Source: Candidatus Omnitrophota bacterium
Lineage (GTDB): Bacteria > Omnitrophota > Gorgyraeia > Zapsychrales > Fredricksoniimonadaceae
DNA: 64,000 nt
Reading direction: 5' to 3'
Assembly (NCBI GenBank): GCA_903836515.1
Contig: CAILQW010000038.1
Coordinates: 8,942 to 72,941, forward strand
Part shown: piece after piece, positions 47,160-57,078 of the stretch
Layout of the letters: every line of letters starts with the position of its first letter
Position numbering within the stretch: position 1 is the stretch's first letter
The notes under the pieces: model-generated
The model's database searches: none
What the model saw: the letters and a program-made list of their open reading frames with translations, nothing else
What the model was told of the DNA's origin: nothing
Translations under genes and position numbers: made by a program

Positions 47160-48262
47160 AATTACAACTTTTTATTTCTCATAACGGCGGGATTTCCAGG
47201 CGCAAGGCATTCGATCATATCCTGGCAGGTGATGTGAAAGTCAATGACCTTGTGGTCAAGGAGCCGTCGCATGTTGTGGACTCCGGCGAAGACAAGGTGT
47301 CTTTGCTGGGGCAGGATGTCAAGCTCAAGGATTACGCCTATATCATGCTCAACAAGCCTGCGGGGTATGTGACGACCTGTGCCACGCAGTTTGATCAGTG
47401 GGGTGTGCTTGCGCTTTTGCCGCCGAACCTTCGGCACTTGAAGCCGGTCGGACGCCTGGACAAGGAGACCCAGGGGCTTTTGGTCCTCACCAATGACGGC
47501 GAGTTGGCCCATCGCCTGGCCCATCCGAGTTTTGATGTGAACAAGACGTATCATGTCCGCGTCGTCCGCCGCATGCAGTTCCGCGAAAAGGACCGCCTGG
47601 AAAAGGGGGTCGTGATCGAGGATTTCAAGACCGCGCCCGCCCAGATCGCCAATCTCGTTTTTGACGGGGACTTCACCGAGTTCGACCTGACCATCCACGA
47701 AGGGCACAAGCATCAGGTCAGGCTTATGTGCCATGAGGTCGGGCACGAGGTGGTGCGCCTCACGCGCATCGCGCAGGGGCCCTTGAAGCTGGATGTGCTC
47801 AAGCCCGGGGCCTGGCGTCCGTTAACCGGGGAAGAACAGGCCCTGCTGCATGCCATCGGCCGAAGCCGCACCCTGCAGCCTGTCTTTTCGTCGCATTCCA
47901 GCCAGCGCCGGTATTCCGCCAACCGTGACTGGCGCAGTGGACAGCCTTCATCCGCGCCATCGTCCCGCGGGCGCGATGAGCGGACCGCGTCTTCCCCGTC
48001 GAGATCATTCAGGCCGAGGCCGGGCAGCGACAGGCCCGCGGCATCCAGGCCGGACGAGAGAAGGCCGTACAGTCCGCGGAGCGAGGGGAGCAAGCCGTAC
48101 AGTTCGCGGCCGCAGGGGGAGCGTTCTTTCAGGCCAAGGCCAGATGGGGAGAGGGCTTCTGCTTCCAGGTCGCAAGCGCAGAGATCTTTCGGGTCAAAGC
48201 CATTTGTCAAGAAGGCCTACTCCGGTAAGCCGGCAGCAGCCCGGAGACCAGCCAAGCCATGA
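47156..48262 (+). CDS. rluB: RluB/RsuA-family pseudouridine synthase with S4 domain and a ~130-aa Arg/Ser/Pro-rich C-terminal tail
   Basis: S4 domain. The catalytic Asp lies within GRLDKETQGLLVLTNDG. Tail repeats RSFRPRP(G/D). Confidence 0.8.
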   Translation: MKLQLFISHNGGISRRKAFDHILAGDVKVNDLVVKEPSHVVDSGEDKVSLLGQDVKLKDYAYIMLNKPAGYVTTCATQFDQWGVLALLPPNLRHLKPVGRLDKETQGLLVLTNDGELAHRLAHPSFDVNKTYHVRVVRRMQFREKDRLEKGVVIEDFKTAPAQIANLVFDGDFTEFDLTIHEGHKHQVRLMCHEVGHEVVRLTRIAQGPLKLDVLKPGAWRPLTGEEQALLHAIGRSRTLQPVFSSHSSQRRYSANRDWRSGQPSSAPSSRGRDERTASSPSRSFRPRPGSDRPAASRPDERRPYSPRSEGSKPYSSRPQGERSFRPRPDGERASASRSQAQRSFGSKPFVKKAYSGKPAAARRPAKP

Positions 48263-50217
48263 TCACACTGACCGGTGTTTCCAAGAATTTTGATGAGCGC
48301 ATGCTCATGGATGATGTGTCGCTGAGCATTTTTCGCAATGAGCGCATCGGCCTGACCGGTCCCAACGGGGCGGGGAAAACAACCCTGTTCCATATGATCC
48401 TTGGCGACATGGAGCCTTCATCGGGGACCATCACTATCCAGAAAGGCAGCAAGATCGGCTATCTGCCCCAGGAATCTCACTTTGATTCAACCCGCACGGT
48501 CATGGAAGAAGTGACTTCCGGCGATGCGGAGATCCGCCGGCTCATGGACGAGAAGCACACGATGGAGAACGAGGAACTTTGTGCGCAGACGCGTTACGGG
48601 GATATCCTGGAGCGGCTGGAAGAGCTGGGTATTTACGAGCTTGAACACAGGGCCGAGAAAATACTGACGGGCTTGGGGTTTCGGGAGTTTGAATTCCACA
48701 AGCCTGTGGCGCAGTTGTCGGGGGGGTGGCAGATGCGTACCCTGCTGGCCAAACTCCTCACCTACAGTTATGATTTGTTGCTGCTCGACGAGCCGACCAA
48801 TTACCTGGATCTGGCGGCCACGCTGTGGCTCAAGGATTTTCTGGGGAAATACCCGGGTTCTTTTGTCATGATCTCGCACGACAAGGTGTTCCTGAACGAG
48901 GTTACCAATTACACCATTGTCCTTGAGAACGGGAAGATGACCAAGGTGAAGGGGTGCTACGAGGCGTTCATGGCCCAGAAAGAGATCGAGTACCGCACTC
49001 TGGAAAAGCGCATGAAAGTTGTGGATAAGAAAAAAGACCAGCTGGAACGGTTCACGTCCCGTTTTCACGCCCAGCCCAACCGCGCCTCTGCCGTGCAGAA
49101 CAAGATGAAGATGCTCGAGAAGCTTGAGGGGGAGTCCCAGGACCTGCCGCAGGCGCGCCTGAGCATCAGGGATTTCAATTTTCCTAAGACCAATGAGAGC
49201 GGTTACACGGTCATCACGCTGGCGGGCATCAAGAAATCCTATCCCGACAAGAAGATCTACGACGGCCTGGATTTCGAGATCACCAAGGGGCAGAAGATGT
49301 GCCTGGTCGGGGCTAACGGTGCGGGCAAGTCGACGCTCTTGAAGATCCTGGCGGATGTGATCCCCTATGACGGCGGGACGCGCCGCCTGGGCCATGGCGT
49401 CAAGATGGGTTATTTTTCACAGACGCGCCTGGATGTGCTTAATCCTTCGCGTTCGGCGTATGAAGAACTCCTTTCCGCCGTGGGCGGCAGTTTTCCCCAG
49501 ACGCAGGCCCGCAGCCTGATGGGCATGTTCAATTTTCACGGGGAGGATGTGTTTAAGCCTGTTTCTGTCCTTTCCGGCGGGGAGAAGAGCCGTTTGATCC
49601 TGGCGAAACTTTTGATCAATCCCCCCAATTTTATCCTCCTGGATGAGCCCACGACCCATCTTGATGTGGCGGGGGTCGAGGCGTTGACCCGGGCGTTCAA
49701 GGAGTACGCAGGGACACTGTGTTTTATCAGCCACGACCTTTACTTCATCCGCGAGATCGCCAATCATATCGTGGAGGTGGATGGCGGTGTCCTGCGTCAT
49801 TATCCCGGGGGCCTGGATTATTATCTCGACAAGAAGGCGGGACGCCTGGCCGCCGAGAACGCTGCGGCCAAGGGGAATGCTGCCCGTCAACGGGACGGCA
49901 AAGACGCGCGCCAGAAACAGGGGGGTGATCCCCATGAACCTGAAAATCTGAGGGCGGCCCGGGAACAGCACGAGCAAGCTCTCCAGCGTCTGCAGCAGAT
50001 CAAGGATCAGCTGAAAGCTTTTGACCGTGAGGAAAAAGAGCTGGAGACCGAGACGTACATCAAGTCCCGGGTGATGAACGACTCTTTTAACGGACGCGCG
50101 CGGGAGGATATTGCCTCCTGCGGCCGGCGCCTGAAAGAGATCCAGACGCGTTTGCGTGCCATCGAGAGCACCCGTAAGGCCTTGATTGACGAGCGTGACA
50201 GGGTCCAGCGGGGATAA
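48259..50217 (+). CDS. ABC-F family ATPase (two ABC domains + C-terminal coiled-coil extension)
   Basis: Two Walker A / signature (LSGG) / Walker B sets and no TM. ATGA overlap with rluB. Confidence 0.9.
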   Translation: MITLTGVSKNFDERMLMDDVSLSIFRNERIGLTGPNGAGKTTLFHMILGDMEPSSGTITIQKGSKIGYLPQESHFDSTRTVMEEVTSGDAEIRRLMDEKHTMENEELCAQTRYGDILERLEELGIYELEHRAEKILTGLGFREFEFHKPVAQLSGGWQMRTLLAKLLTYSYDLLLLDEPTNYLDLAATLWLKDFLGKYPGSFVMISHDKVFLNEVTNYTIVLENGKMTKVKGCYEAFMAQKEIEYRTLEKRMKVVDKKKDQLERFTSRFHAQPNRASAVQNKMKMLEKLEGESQDLPQARLSIRDFNFPKTNESGYTVITLAGIKKSYPDKKIYDGLDFEITKGQKMCLVGANGAGKSTLLKILADVIPYDGGTRRLGHGVKMGYFSQTRLDVLNPSRSAYEELLSAVGGSFPQTQARSLMGMFNFHGEDVFKPVSVLSGGEKSRLILAKLLINPPNFILLDEPTTHLDVAGVEALTRAFKEYAGTLCFISHDLYFIREIANHIVEVDGGVLRHYPGGLDYYLDKKAGRLAAENAAAKGNAARQRDGKDARQKQGGDPHEPENLRAAREQHEQALQRLQQIKDQLKAFDREEKELETETYIKSRVMNDSFNGRAREDIASCGRRLKEIQTRLRAIESTRKALIDERDRVQRG

Positions 50218-50248
50218 CCGGTGCCGCCGCCATGGCGGGCGAGGTCAT

Positions 50249-50500
50249 ATGCGGTTAAAATTGGATTTGCATCATATTTTCTCCGATGGCCGTGCGCTTG
50301 ACGAGGCCCTGCATGGCATCATGCGTGCCGCCATGGATAAACGCGCGCAGGCGGTCGAGATCATCCCTGGCAAGGGGTCGGGGCAGTTGAAAAAGTCGGT
50401 GCTCCGGTTCCTGGAGAAGAATTACAAGGGGCGTTTTCACCGCATTGAAAAGGATGACAAGAATTTTGGCCGTATCTTTGTCCATTTCCGCCGGGAGTGA
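50249..50500 (+). CDS. Stand-alone Smr-domain protein
   Basis: LDLHH...AL..., IIPGKGSG is a Smr-like motif. M22 of ORF 50186. Confidence 0.6.
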   Translation: MRLKLDLHHIFSDGRALDEALHGIMRAAMDKRAQAVEIIPGKGSGQLKKSVLRFLEKNYKGRFHRIEKDDKNFGRIFVHFRRE

Positions 50501-50883
50501 TCATGATGACCAGAGCCCTTCTTTTGTTGATGTTGCTGGCGTGTACCGGGTGTGCGCAGCTGGGGTATGTCGACCAGGCCCTGGCCCTTAAGGAATACGC
50601 TGATGAGAAGGATGCGCAGGAGGCGTGGGTGAAGGCGCATGATGCGCGTTTTGAGGCGCTCTGGCGCGAGGCGCAGCAACCCGGAGCACTCGAGCGTTAT
50701 CGCCGCAAGAAAGATGTTGTCCGGGCGTTCGGGGAGCCGGTTCTCTGTCGCGCCGAGGGTCGTCTTGAAAAATGCCTTTACCGCCGCGTGGCCAGGGCAT
50801 GGCAGAGTCCGAAAGTTTATTTTTATTTCGATATGGCCGGGACACAGGTCCGCCGGGATGTTAAAGACCAAAACAAGGAGTGA
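50497..50883 (+). CDS. Lipoprotein, hypothetical
   Basis: LLACTGCAQ lipobox. ATGA overlap with the upstream gene. Confidence 0.4.
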   Translation: MIMMTRALLLLMLLACTGCAQLGYVDQALALKEYADEKDAQEAWVKAHDARFEALWREAQQPGALERYRRKKDVVRAFGEPVLCRAEGRLEKCLYRRVARAWQSPKVYFYFDMAGTQVRRDVKDQNKE

Positions 50884-50888
50884 GGATT

Positions 50889-51251
50889 ATGGCAAAAAAG
50901 ATACTGGTCATTGATGATGATCTTGTCGGTATTGCGCTCATGCAGTCGCGGTTGTCCAAGGCGGGGTATGATGTGGTCGTAGCCCGTAACGGGCAGGTTG
51001 GTTTTGAACGGCTCCTCAAGGAAAAGCCTTCGCTGGTTGTTCTGGACATCGAAATGCCTGAGATGAACGGCTACACTTTTATTGTGGAAATGAAGAAAGA
51101 TGCGGGCGCGAGTGCCACGCCGGTGATTGTCCTGACAGCGCATGAGGAAAACCGGGCCATTTTTGCCCGTCGGGGGATTGTCAACTATTTGGTGAAGCCT
51201 GTCAATTTTGACGTGCTGTTTGCCAAGATCACGGACCTGGTCGGTTCTTAA
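50889..51251 (+). CDS. Single-domain response regulator (REC only, CheY-like)
   Basis: ILVIDDD...D(57)...T...K pattern. AAGGAG RBS. Confidence 0.8.
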   Translation: MAKKILVIDDDLVGIALMQSRLSKAGYDVVVARNGQVGFERLLKEKPSLVVLDIEMPEMNGYTFIVEMKKDAGASATPVIVLTAHEENRAIFARRGIVNYLVKPVNFDVLFAKITDLVGS

Positions 51252-51261
51252 GGGGCGGTCT

Positions 51262-52329
51262 ATGCTGTTGATGGTTGTTTCCATGGCGGTCCTGGCTTTG
51301 GCCGCGGTTTTTGCTGTGGTCATTGTGCGTCAAAACGCGCGGATCGAGGAACTTTTGCGTGCTGCCCGCGAACAGTTACAGTTGAGGGGGGTACAGGAGT
51401 CGCAGGAAGATGCCCTTCGCCGGCAGTCGCTGGAAGGCGCGGTGGGGTCGTTGGACACGCGCTTGAAAGAGTATGAGCAGATGCTCCGTTCCTGGGAAAT
51501 GGATCGTGCGGTCAAGTTCGGTGCTATCGAGAAGGAGCTTGGCGCGGCGGCCCAGGCTACGACAAGGCTTCAGGATACCACGGGGAAGCTCACGAATATC
51601 CTGGGCAATGTGAAATTGCGCGGCCAGTGGGGTGAACGCATGGCCGAGGATATCATCCGGCATGCCGGACTGATCGAGGGCGTGAATTATCGCAAGCAGG
51701 CCCAGATGACGTCTTCCACGGGCAAGCCCGATATCACGTTCCTTTTGCCCGGGGGGCGCTCGGTGAACATGGATGTTAAATTCCCGCTGGATAATTATCT
51801 TAAGATGGTCAATGCCGTTTCGGATATGGAGCGCGAAACATTTTCGCGCGATTTTATCAGGAATGCCCGTGCCCGCGTGAAGGAACTGCAGTCGCGGGAA
51901 TATATCAATCCTGCCGAACATACGCTTGATTTTGTCATGCTTTTTATCCCCAATGAACAGGTATTCGGTTATATCCATGAGGCGGCGCCGGAATTCATGG
52001 ACGAGGCCTTGAAGCAGAAGGTGGTTTTGTGTTCGCCGTTTACCCTTTATGCGACGCTGGCGGTCATCCGACAGGCGCATGAGAATTTTCGTTTTGAACG
52101 CGATATGCGCAAGATCATCCAGGATATCGAGATCTTCATGAAGCACTATGCGACCTTCAAGGAGCGTTTCAAGGACATGGAGCGGCTGATCATGGACCTG
52201 GAGGCGAATTTCCGCGATATTTCCGATAAGAGTTTCAAAAACATTGATGTCAAGATCCGGCATATCGAAGAGTTCCGCAAGGGCCAGTTGCCGGCGTCCG
52301 ATGATGTTACGGAGGTGCCGCATGCCTGA
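51262..52329 (+). CDS. rmuC: DNA recombination protein RmuC
   Basis: N-terminal TM/coiled coil and C-terminal RmuC nuclease-like domain (DFVMLFIPNEQ). Confidence 0.8.
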   Translation: MLLMVVSMAVLALAAVFAVVIVRQNARIEELLRAAREQLQLRGVQESQEDALRRQSLEGAVGSLDTRLKEYEQMLRSWEMDRAVKFGAIEKELGAAAQATTRLQDTTGKLTNILGNVKLRGQWGERMAEDIIRHAGLIEGVNYRKQAQMTSSTGKPDITFLLPGGRSVNMDVKFPLDNYLKMVNAVSDMERETFSRDFIRNARARVKELQSREYINPAEHTLDFVMLFIPNEQVFGYIHEAAPEFMDEALKQKVVLCSPFTLYATLAVIRQAHENFRFERDMRKIIQDIEIFMKHYATFKERFKDMERLIMDLEANFRDISDKSFKNIDVKIRHIEEFRKGQLPASDDVTEVPHA

Positions 52330-53032
52330 GGTTAATTACACATCATTTCTGGGCGTCCCGTCGTTTACAAGCGAGGCCCCCCTGGATTTCATGAGTGGAG
52401 ATCCGGCGTTCCCGTCTTATAGCCTGACACCCGCCCAGCGGGAGTACCTGGCGGCGCATGGGATTCCCGCCGTTGGGGGGGTGGTTCTGCCCAAACAGGT
52501 TCATGGCGATGCCATCTGGAAAGTGACGGAAAAAGATTTTGCCCGTTCGGGATGTGTCGAGGCCGATGCGGTGGTGACATCCTGCGGCGGGCTGCCCGTG
52601 GCGATCCGTACCGCGGATTGCCTGCCGGCCCTGCTCGTTGACCCTGTGCGCCGGGTGGTCGCGGCAGTGCATGCGGGCTGGAAAAGCACGCGGCTCGAAA
52701 TCGCGGCCAAGACCGTCGCCTTGATGCACCGGGATTATGGGGTGGACCCTGGTGATATCCGCGCGGCCATCGGCCCGTGCATCCGCCGGGACAGTTGCGA
52801 GGTCGGGCTTGAGTTCATGGATTATTTTCCGCAGGATACGGTCAAGACCGGCGCCGGCCTGCGGTTTGATATTGTCAGCGCCAACCTGAGGCAGTTGACC
52901 GGTGCGGGTGTCAGGCGCGAGAACATTGTTGACAGCGGGCTGTGTTCGTTCAGCGATGCGGTCCGGTTCCATTCATTCCGCCGGGATGCACAGAGGTCGG
53001 GCCGGATGATCTCGGTCATCATACTGGCATGA
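52322..53032 (+). CDS. pgeF: PgeF/YfiH family (laccase-domain; purine nucleoside enzyme/peptidoglycan editing factor)
   Basis: Conserved C/H motifs (RTADC, VHAGW). 8-nt overlap with rmuC. Confidence 0.8.
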   Translation: MPEVNYTSFLGVPSFTSEAPLDFMSGDPAFPSYSLTPAQREYLAAHGIPAVGGVVLPKQVHGDAIWKVTEKDFARSGCVEADAVVTSCGGLPVAIRTADCLPALLVDPVRRVVAAVHAGWKSTRLEIAAKTVALMHRDYGVDPGDIRAAIGPCIRRDSCEVGLEFMDYFPQDTVKTGAGLRFDIVSANLRQLTGAGVRRENIVDSGLCSFSDAVRFHSFRRDAQRSGRMISVIILA

Positions 53033-53040
53033 GGCAGGAT

Positions 53041-53358
53041 ATGACAGACGCTGTCGTTGTATTGGTCAGTGCCGGGAGTGAAGCCGAGGCGCTGGGTATT
53101 GCCCGTGCGCTCATTATGAAGAAGCTCGCGGCCTGCTGCACCCTGGTCAAGGACGTACATGCCGTCTACCGCTGGGAAGGCGCTGTCGAGGAATCCCGTG
53201 AAGTCCAGCTGGTCATCAAGTCGCGCCGGGATGCTTTTCCCGCCCTTGAAGCGGAGGTGAGGCGCCTGCACAGTTATACGACCCCCGAGATCATCGCGCT
53301 CCCTGTCCTGGCCGGGAGTGACGTTTACCTGAAGTGGATCAACACATCGATGCTGTAA
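53041..53358 (+). CDS. cutA: Divalent-cation tolerance protein CutA
   Basis: CutA1 signature (YRWEG...E...HSYTTPEIIALP). Confidence 0.8.
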   Translation: MTDAVVVLVSAGSEAEALGIARALIMKKLAACCTLVKDVHAVYRWEGAVEESREVQLVIKSRRDAFPALEAEVRRLHSYTTPEIIALPVLAGSDVYLKWINTSML

Positions 53359-53390
53359 AAAAAGCCCCCGGCGTGAAAATGCCGGGGGCT
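53357..53390. terminator. Hairpin GCCCCCGGC-gtgaaaat-GCCGGGGGC flanked by an A7 tract on the + strand. Functions as a rho-independent terminator for the minus-strand ppiD-like gene and is possibly bidirectional.
   Basis: 9-bp perfect stem. The A-run on + equals a U-run on the minus transcript. Confidence 0.55.
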
Positions 53391-53414
53391 GCTGGCTGCG
53401 CTGGACAGACTGTC

Positions 53415-54923
53415 TTATTTTCTCAGGCGCATTTTCTCCATGGCTTCTTTTTGCTGGGCGTTGATCTGGTCGATGTAGCTGACCAGCCCGGCTTTTTCAC
53501 GCAGGGATCGGATGAGCTCGTTCATCACGCGGATACGCTCCTGGGTGTACAGGGAATCCGTGAAGTCCTTTTTGACCTCCAGGAATTTTTTCTCGTCCAC
53601 AGGTTGTGTGGCCGCCCAGCAAAGAAGGGCCGGCCCGCGCGATGTCAGGATGACGCCGCTTAAAGCATGATCTTTGTTGAGGTTAAAGGCGGCTGTCGTG
53701 AAATCGTCGGACATGCCGATCTCCGGGACGTATTCTCCCAATCCGAAGAAAGGGGTCTGTTTGGGCTCCAGGCCAAGGTCGCGGGCAGCGGCCGAGAAAT
53801 CCATGCCGGTCTTCGTTTTTTCGGCGATGGTCTTCTGGATGGCGGCGGCTTTTTCCGCCGCGAGCTTCGCGGCTTTGTCATTGACCAGCGCGGCGCTGAC
53901 TTTATCTTTCACCGCCATGAACTCGGGGATGAAGGCAGGTTTCTTCTCTGCGATCCTGATGATCTGGTATCCGCCGGGGCCTTCGACAGGGTCAAGCAGG
54001 TCGCCGGTCTTGGCCGTGAAAAGCGTCTGGAGGACTTCCAGGGAAGGGGTGATATCCGGGGAGGGCGCGTCGGTGGTGAAGAAGCCTGTTTCCTTGATAG
54101 TTGCGTTGGAGTTTTTCGCGGCCGCTACGGGGTCAGCACCCGAAGCCAGCGCGGTGCGGAGTTCAGCGGCTTTGGCCGCCATCGCGGCTTTATCTGCGGC
54201 GGAGGCCTTGGGGGCCAGGGGCAGGGTAATGATGCGCGCGTTGACCGCCTCGGGTTCCAGGAAATCCTCGCGGTGGGCGTCAAAGTAGCCGTGCAGGGCT
54301 TCGTCGGTAACAGCGACGTCTTTTTGGAACGATCCCGGAGGAACAAGGATGTAATTGACCTGCACCTTCTGGTTGCGGTGTTCGTACTCTTTACGCACCT
54401 GTTCATCTGTAAAGGAGATGGCCTGGAGGGTCGGCGCGAAAAGTTTCATGATCTTGATCTGGTCGCGCAGGCCTTCCTCGAAGTCGCGTGCTTCGCGGCG
54501 GAAGACATTCTTGACGATGTTGGCGTAAAGCCTCTTGTCGAATTCTCCGTTGCGCTGGAAAAAGGGGATCCTTTCGACGAACTGGATCACTTCCATATCG
54601 CCGGCCTTCAGCCCGCGCTGTTCTGCGGTCTTCAGCATGAGGATCCTTGACCAGGTTTCTGTTTCAAGGTCCATCATGGATAGGGCTTTGTCGACATCCG
54701 CGCCGTGCATCATGACCGCCTGGTCATGGACGTTCTGGTAATTTTTCTGGTATTCTTTCAGCGATATGGTCTTGCCGTAGACTTTTCCGGCAGGGCGGGT
54801 GATGTCGAAGGAGGTGCCGTAACGGGAAATACCGAAGCCGAAGCCGAAGGAGATGATGATGATGCCGGCGACGACCCAGAGGACTTTTTTGGCGACGCCC
54901 TTGTGGCGAAAAACTTTAAGCAT
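53415..54923 (-). CDS. PpiD/SurA-like periplasmic chaperone with parvulin PPIase domain (N-terminal TM anchor)
   Basis: N-terminal signal-anchor, SurA-N-like region, parvulin motif region. ~500 aa. Confidence 0.7.
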   Translation of the reverse strand: MLKVFRHKGVAKKVLWVVAGIIIISFGFGFGISRYGTSFDITRPAGKVYGKTISLKEYQKNYQNVHDQAVMMHGADVDKALSMMDLETETWSRILMLKTAEQRGLKAGDMEVIQFVERIPFFQRNGEFDKRLYANIVKNVFRREARDFEEGLRDQIKIMKLFAPTLQAISFTDEQVRKEYEHRNQKVQVNYILVPPGSFQKDVAVTDEALHGYFDAHREDFLEPEAVNARIITLPLAPKASAADKAAMAAKAAELRTALASGADPVAAAKNSNATIKETGFFTTDAPSPDITPSLEVLQTLFTAKTGDLLDPVEGPGGYQIIRIAEKKPAFIPEFMAVKDKVSAALVNDKAAKLAAEKAAAIQKTIAEKTKTGMDFSAAARDLGLEPKQTPFFGLGEYVPEIGMSDDFTTAAFNLNKDHALSGVILTSRGPALLCWAATQPVDEKKFLEVKKDFTDSLYTQERIRVMNELIRSLREKAGLVSYIDQINAQQKEAMEKMRLRK

Positions 54924-55009
54924 AAGAAAACTCCTTGGTTGTTAAGTGGTGCCGCATGGTAATGGGGAAAATTATACGGAGGTCTGCGCGGTTTGGAAAG
55001 GATTTTTTC

Positions 55010-55039
55010 TTTACATTTTTACGCACCTTAAGTTATAAT
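55010..55039 (+). promoter_or_regulatory. Sigma70-like promoter for hisG (TTTACA-N18-TATAAT)
   Basis: Motifs read from the sequence 39-68 nt upstream of the hisG ATG. Confidence 0.35.
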
Positions 55040-55077
55040 GTCCCCTCTTTAAAGACGTTTAACCGAAAGCGCAGGAT

Positions 55078-55953
55078 ATGCCTATATTAAAGCTGGGGTT
55101 GCCCAAAGGAAGTCTGCAGGACGCTACCGTCGCTCTTTTTGAAAAAGCGGGCTATAAACTGGTTGTTTCAAGCCGGTCTTATTTTCCGCATATCGATGAC
55201 CTTGAAATATCTCCCGTGCTGTTGCGGGCGCAGGAAATGTCGCGTTATGTCGAGGACGGCACGCTTGATTGCGGGATCACGGGGGCAGACTGGGTGGCGG
55301 AGAACGGCTCCAAGGTCCATGTCATGACCGAGCTTCAGTATTCCAAGGCGACCTCGAACAAGGTCCGCTGGGTCCTGGCCGTTCCCGAGAATTCAGCCAT
55401 CAAATCCGTCAAGGATCTGGCCGGCAAGCGCATTGCCACGGAAGTCGTGGGGATCACCAAGAAATATCTTTCCAGGAACAAGGTCAAGGCCCAGGTGGAG
55501 TTCAGCTGGGGCGCAACCGAAGCCAAGGTCGCCTCGGGTCTGGTGGACGCGATCGTGGAGTTGACGGAAACTGGCAGCAGCCTGCGCGCGAACAAACTGC
55601 GCATTGTGGAAACGCTGTGCGAATCTTCGACGCAGTTCATTGCCAACAAGACGGCCTTCAAGGATACGTGGAAGCACGCCAAGATGGACCAGGTGATCAT
55701 GCTGTTGAGGGGTGCTTTGGCGGCCAATAATATGGTGGGCCTCAAACTTAATATCGCGGCAAAGAATCTCGACAGGCTTTTATCGACCCTGCCCGCGCTC
55801 AAGAACCCGACCGTGGCGCCGTTGGCGCAGGATGGCTGGCTCGCCGTTGAGACAGTGATTGAAGAGGGCGTTGTGCGTTCCATCATCCCGGCTCTTAAGG
55901 ACGCGGGAGCCCAGGGCATCATCGAATATTCGATCAACAAGCTTATCATCTGA
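55078..55953 (+). CDS. hisG: ATP phosphoribosyltransferase, long form
   Basis: Collinear HisG motifs including the C-terminal regulatory domain. Confidence 0.9.
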   Translation: MPILKLGLPKGSLQDATVALFEKAGYKLVVSSRSYFPHIDDLEISPVLLRAQEMSRYVEDGTLDCGITGADWVAENGSKVHVMTELQYSKATSNKVRWVLAVPENSAIKSVKDLAGKRIATEVVGITKKYLSRNKVKAQVEFSWGATEAKVASGLVDAIVELTETGSSLRANKLRIVETLCESSTQFIANKTAFKDTWKHAKMDQVIMLLRGALAANNMVGLKLNIAAKNLDRLLSTLPALKNPTVAPLAQDGWLAVETVIEEGVVRSIIPALKDAGAQGIIEYSINKLII

Positions 55954-55986
55954 ACAGGCAACACTTATATAAAGGTAGGTTATAAC

Positions 55987-56088
55987 ATGCCTTGCGGAAG
56001 AAAAAGAAAACTCAAGAAGATCAAGACGCACAAGCGCAAAAAGCTGCGTAAAGCCCTCCGTCATCTCAAGAAGAGAGACACGCGCTAA
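55987..56088 (+). CDS. 33-aa highly basic small protein (MPCGRKRKLKKIKTHKRKKLRKALRHLKKRDTR), bS22-like ribosomal-protein candidate
   Basis: Below the ORF-track size cutoff. ATG with AGGTAGG 7 nt upstream. 16 of 33 residues are K/R, and the KKHRKLL-like motif resembles bS22. Confidence 0.4.
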   Translation: MPCGRKRKLKKIKTHKRKKLRKALRHLKKRDTR

Positions 56089-56100
56089 CCTTTGCCGGCC

Positions 56101-57078
56101 ATGCTGTGCCATGCCCTGCGTTGGTCAGCGGTTTGCGTTGCTGTGGTGGGATGTTGTCTTGCGGCGCCTGGTCCCTTGCGGGCTGAGACGCCGCAGGGGC
56201 TTGCCCATTACATCATGGGAATCTCCTATGAATTCCAGGAAAAGCCCGCGGATGCTGTCGACGAATACCTGAAATCTGTCCGGGCCGATCCCTCGTCATT
56301 TCCCGCGCATATGCGCCTGGGGATCGTTTCGTCCACCCAGGGGCAGGGGCGGCGCGCTCTCGACGCGTTCACCCGGGCGTCGCATCTTCAACCTGCCGAT
56401 CTTCAATCCCGTTATTTTTTGGCCCTGGCCTACGGCGCCTTGCGCGATTACCGCCGTGCGTCCGAACAATATGAGGTGATCCTCAAGGCCATCGTGTCTG
56501 TCGATCCGGGTAATGCGGATATCCACATGTACCTGGGGCAGATCTATTATGGGCAGGGGAAAATGGAACTGGCCGTGGCACAGTTCGAGAAACTTCTTGT
56601 TTTCCAGCCCAAAAACACGACGGCACTCCTGCAGGTGGGGTCTTTTTACCTTGATCATGGACGCCGTGATGAGGGCAAGGGGCTTTTGAGGCGTTGTTTT
56701 GAGGCGGATCCCGGGGCGGCCGACTGCCTCAATGCGCTCGCGTACAGTTACGCGCAAGACAGCGTTGACCTTGAGGAGGCGCTTGGCCTTGTCCGGCGCG
56801 CCCTGGACGTGGAACCCCACAATGCGGCGTACCTTGACACTCTGGGCTGGGTGTACTTCAAGCAGGGGAAATGGACCCAGGCCATGGAGGCCCTAGAGCA
56901 GGCTGTTCTGATCGAGAAGGACCCTGCCATCCTGGACCATATCGGCGATGTTTATCAAAAACTGGGGCAGATGGACAAGGCGCTGGCCGCGTGGCGTCAG
57001 GCGCTCAGCCTCGATAAAACGATGCCCGGCCTCAGCCGCAAGATCCATGATGCCCAGAAGGCCCCGGTGAGAAAATGA
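56101..57078 (+). CDS. Secreted TPR-repeat protein
   Basis: Signal peptide followed by ≥6 TPR-like repeats. The ORF is open from TTG 56092. Confidence 0.7.
   Translation: MLCHALRWSAVCVAVVGCCLAAPGPLRAETPQGLAHYIMGISYEFQEKPADAVDEYLKSVRADPSSFPAHMRLGIVSSTQGQGRRALDAFTRASHLQPADLQSRYFLALAYGALRDYRRASEQYEVILKAIVSVDPGNADIHMYLGQIYYGQGKMELAVAQFEKLLVFQPKNTTALLQVGSFYLDHGRRDEGKGLLRRCFEADPGAADCLNALAYSYAQDSVDLEEALGLVRRALDVEPHNAAYLDTLGWVYFKQGKWTQAMEALEQAVLIEKDPAILDHIGDVYQKLGQMDKALAAWRQALSLDKTMPGLSRKIHDAQKAPVRK

Noticed and set aside
54924-55077. Possible T-box or attenuator leader upstream of hisG
   Set aside because: The region shows only a sigma70-like promoter and a short leader. There are no specifier/T-box conserved elements or leader-peptide His codon run.
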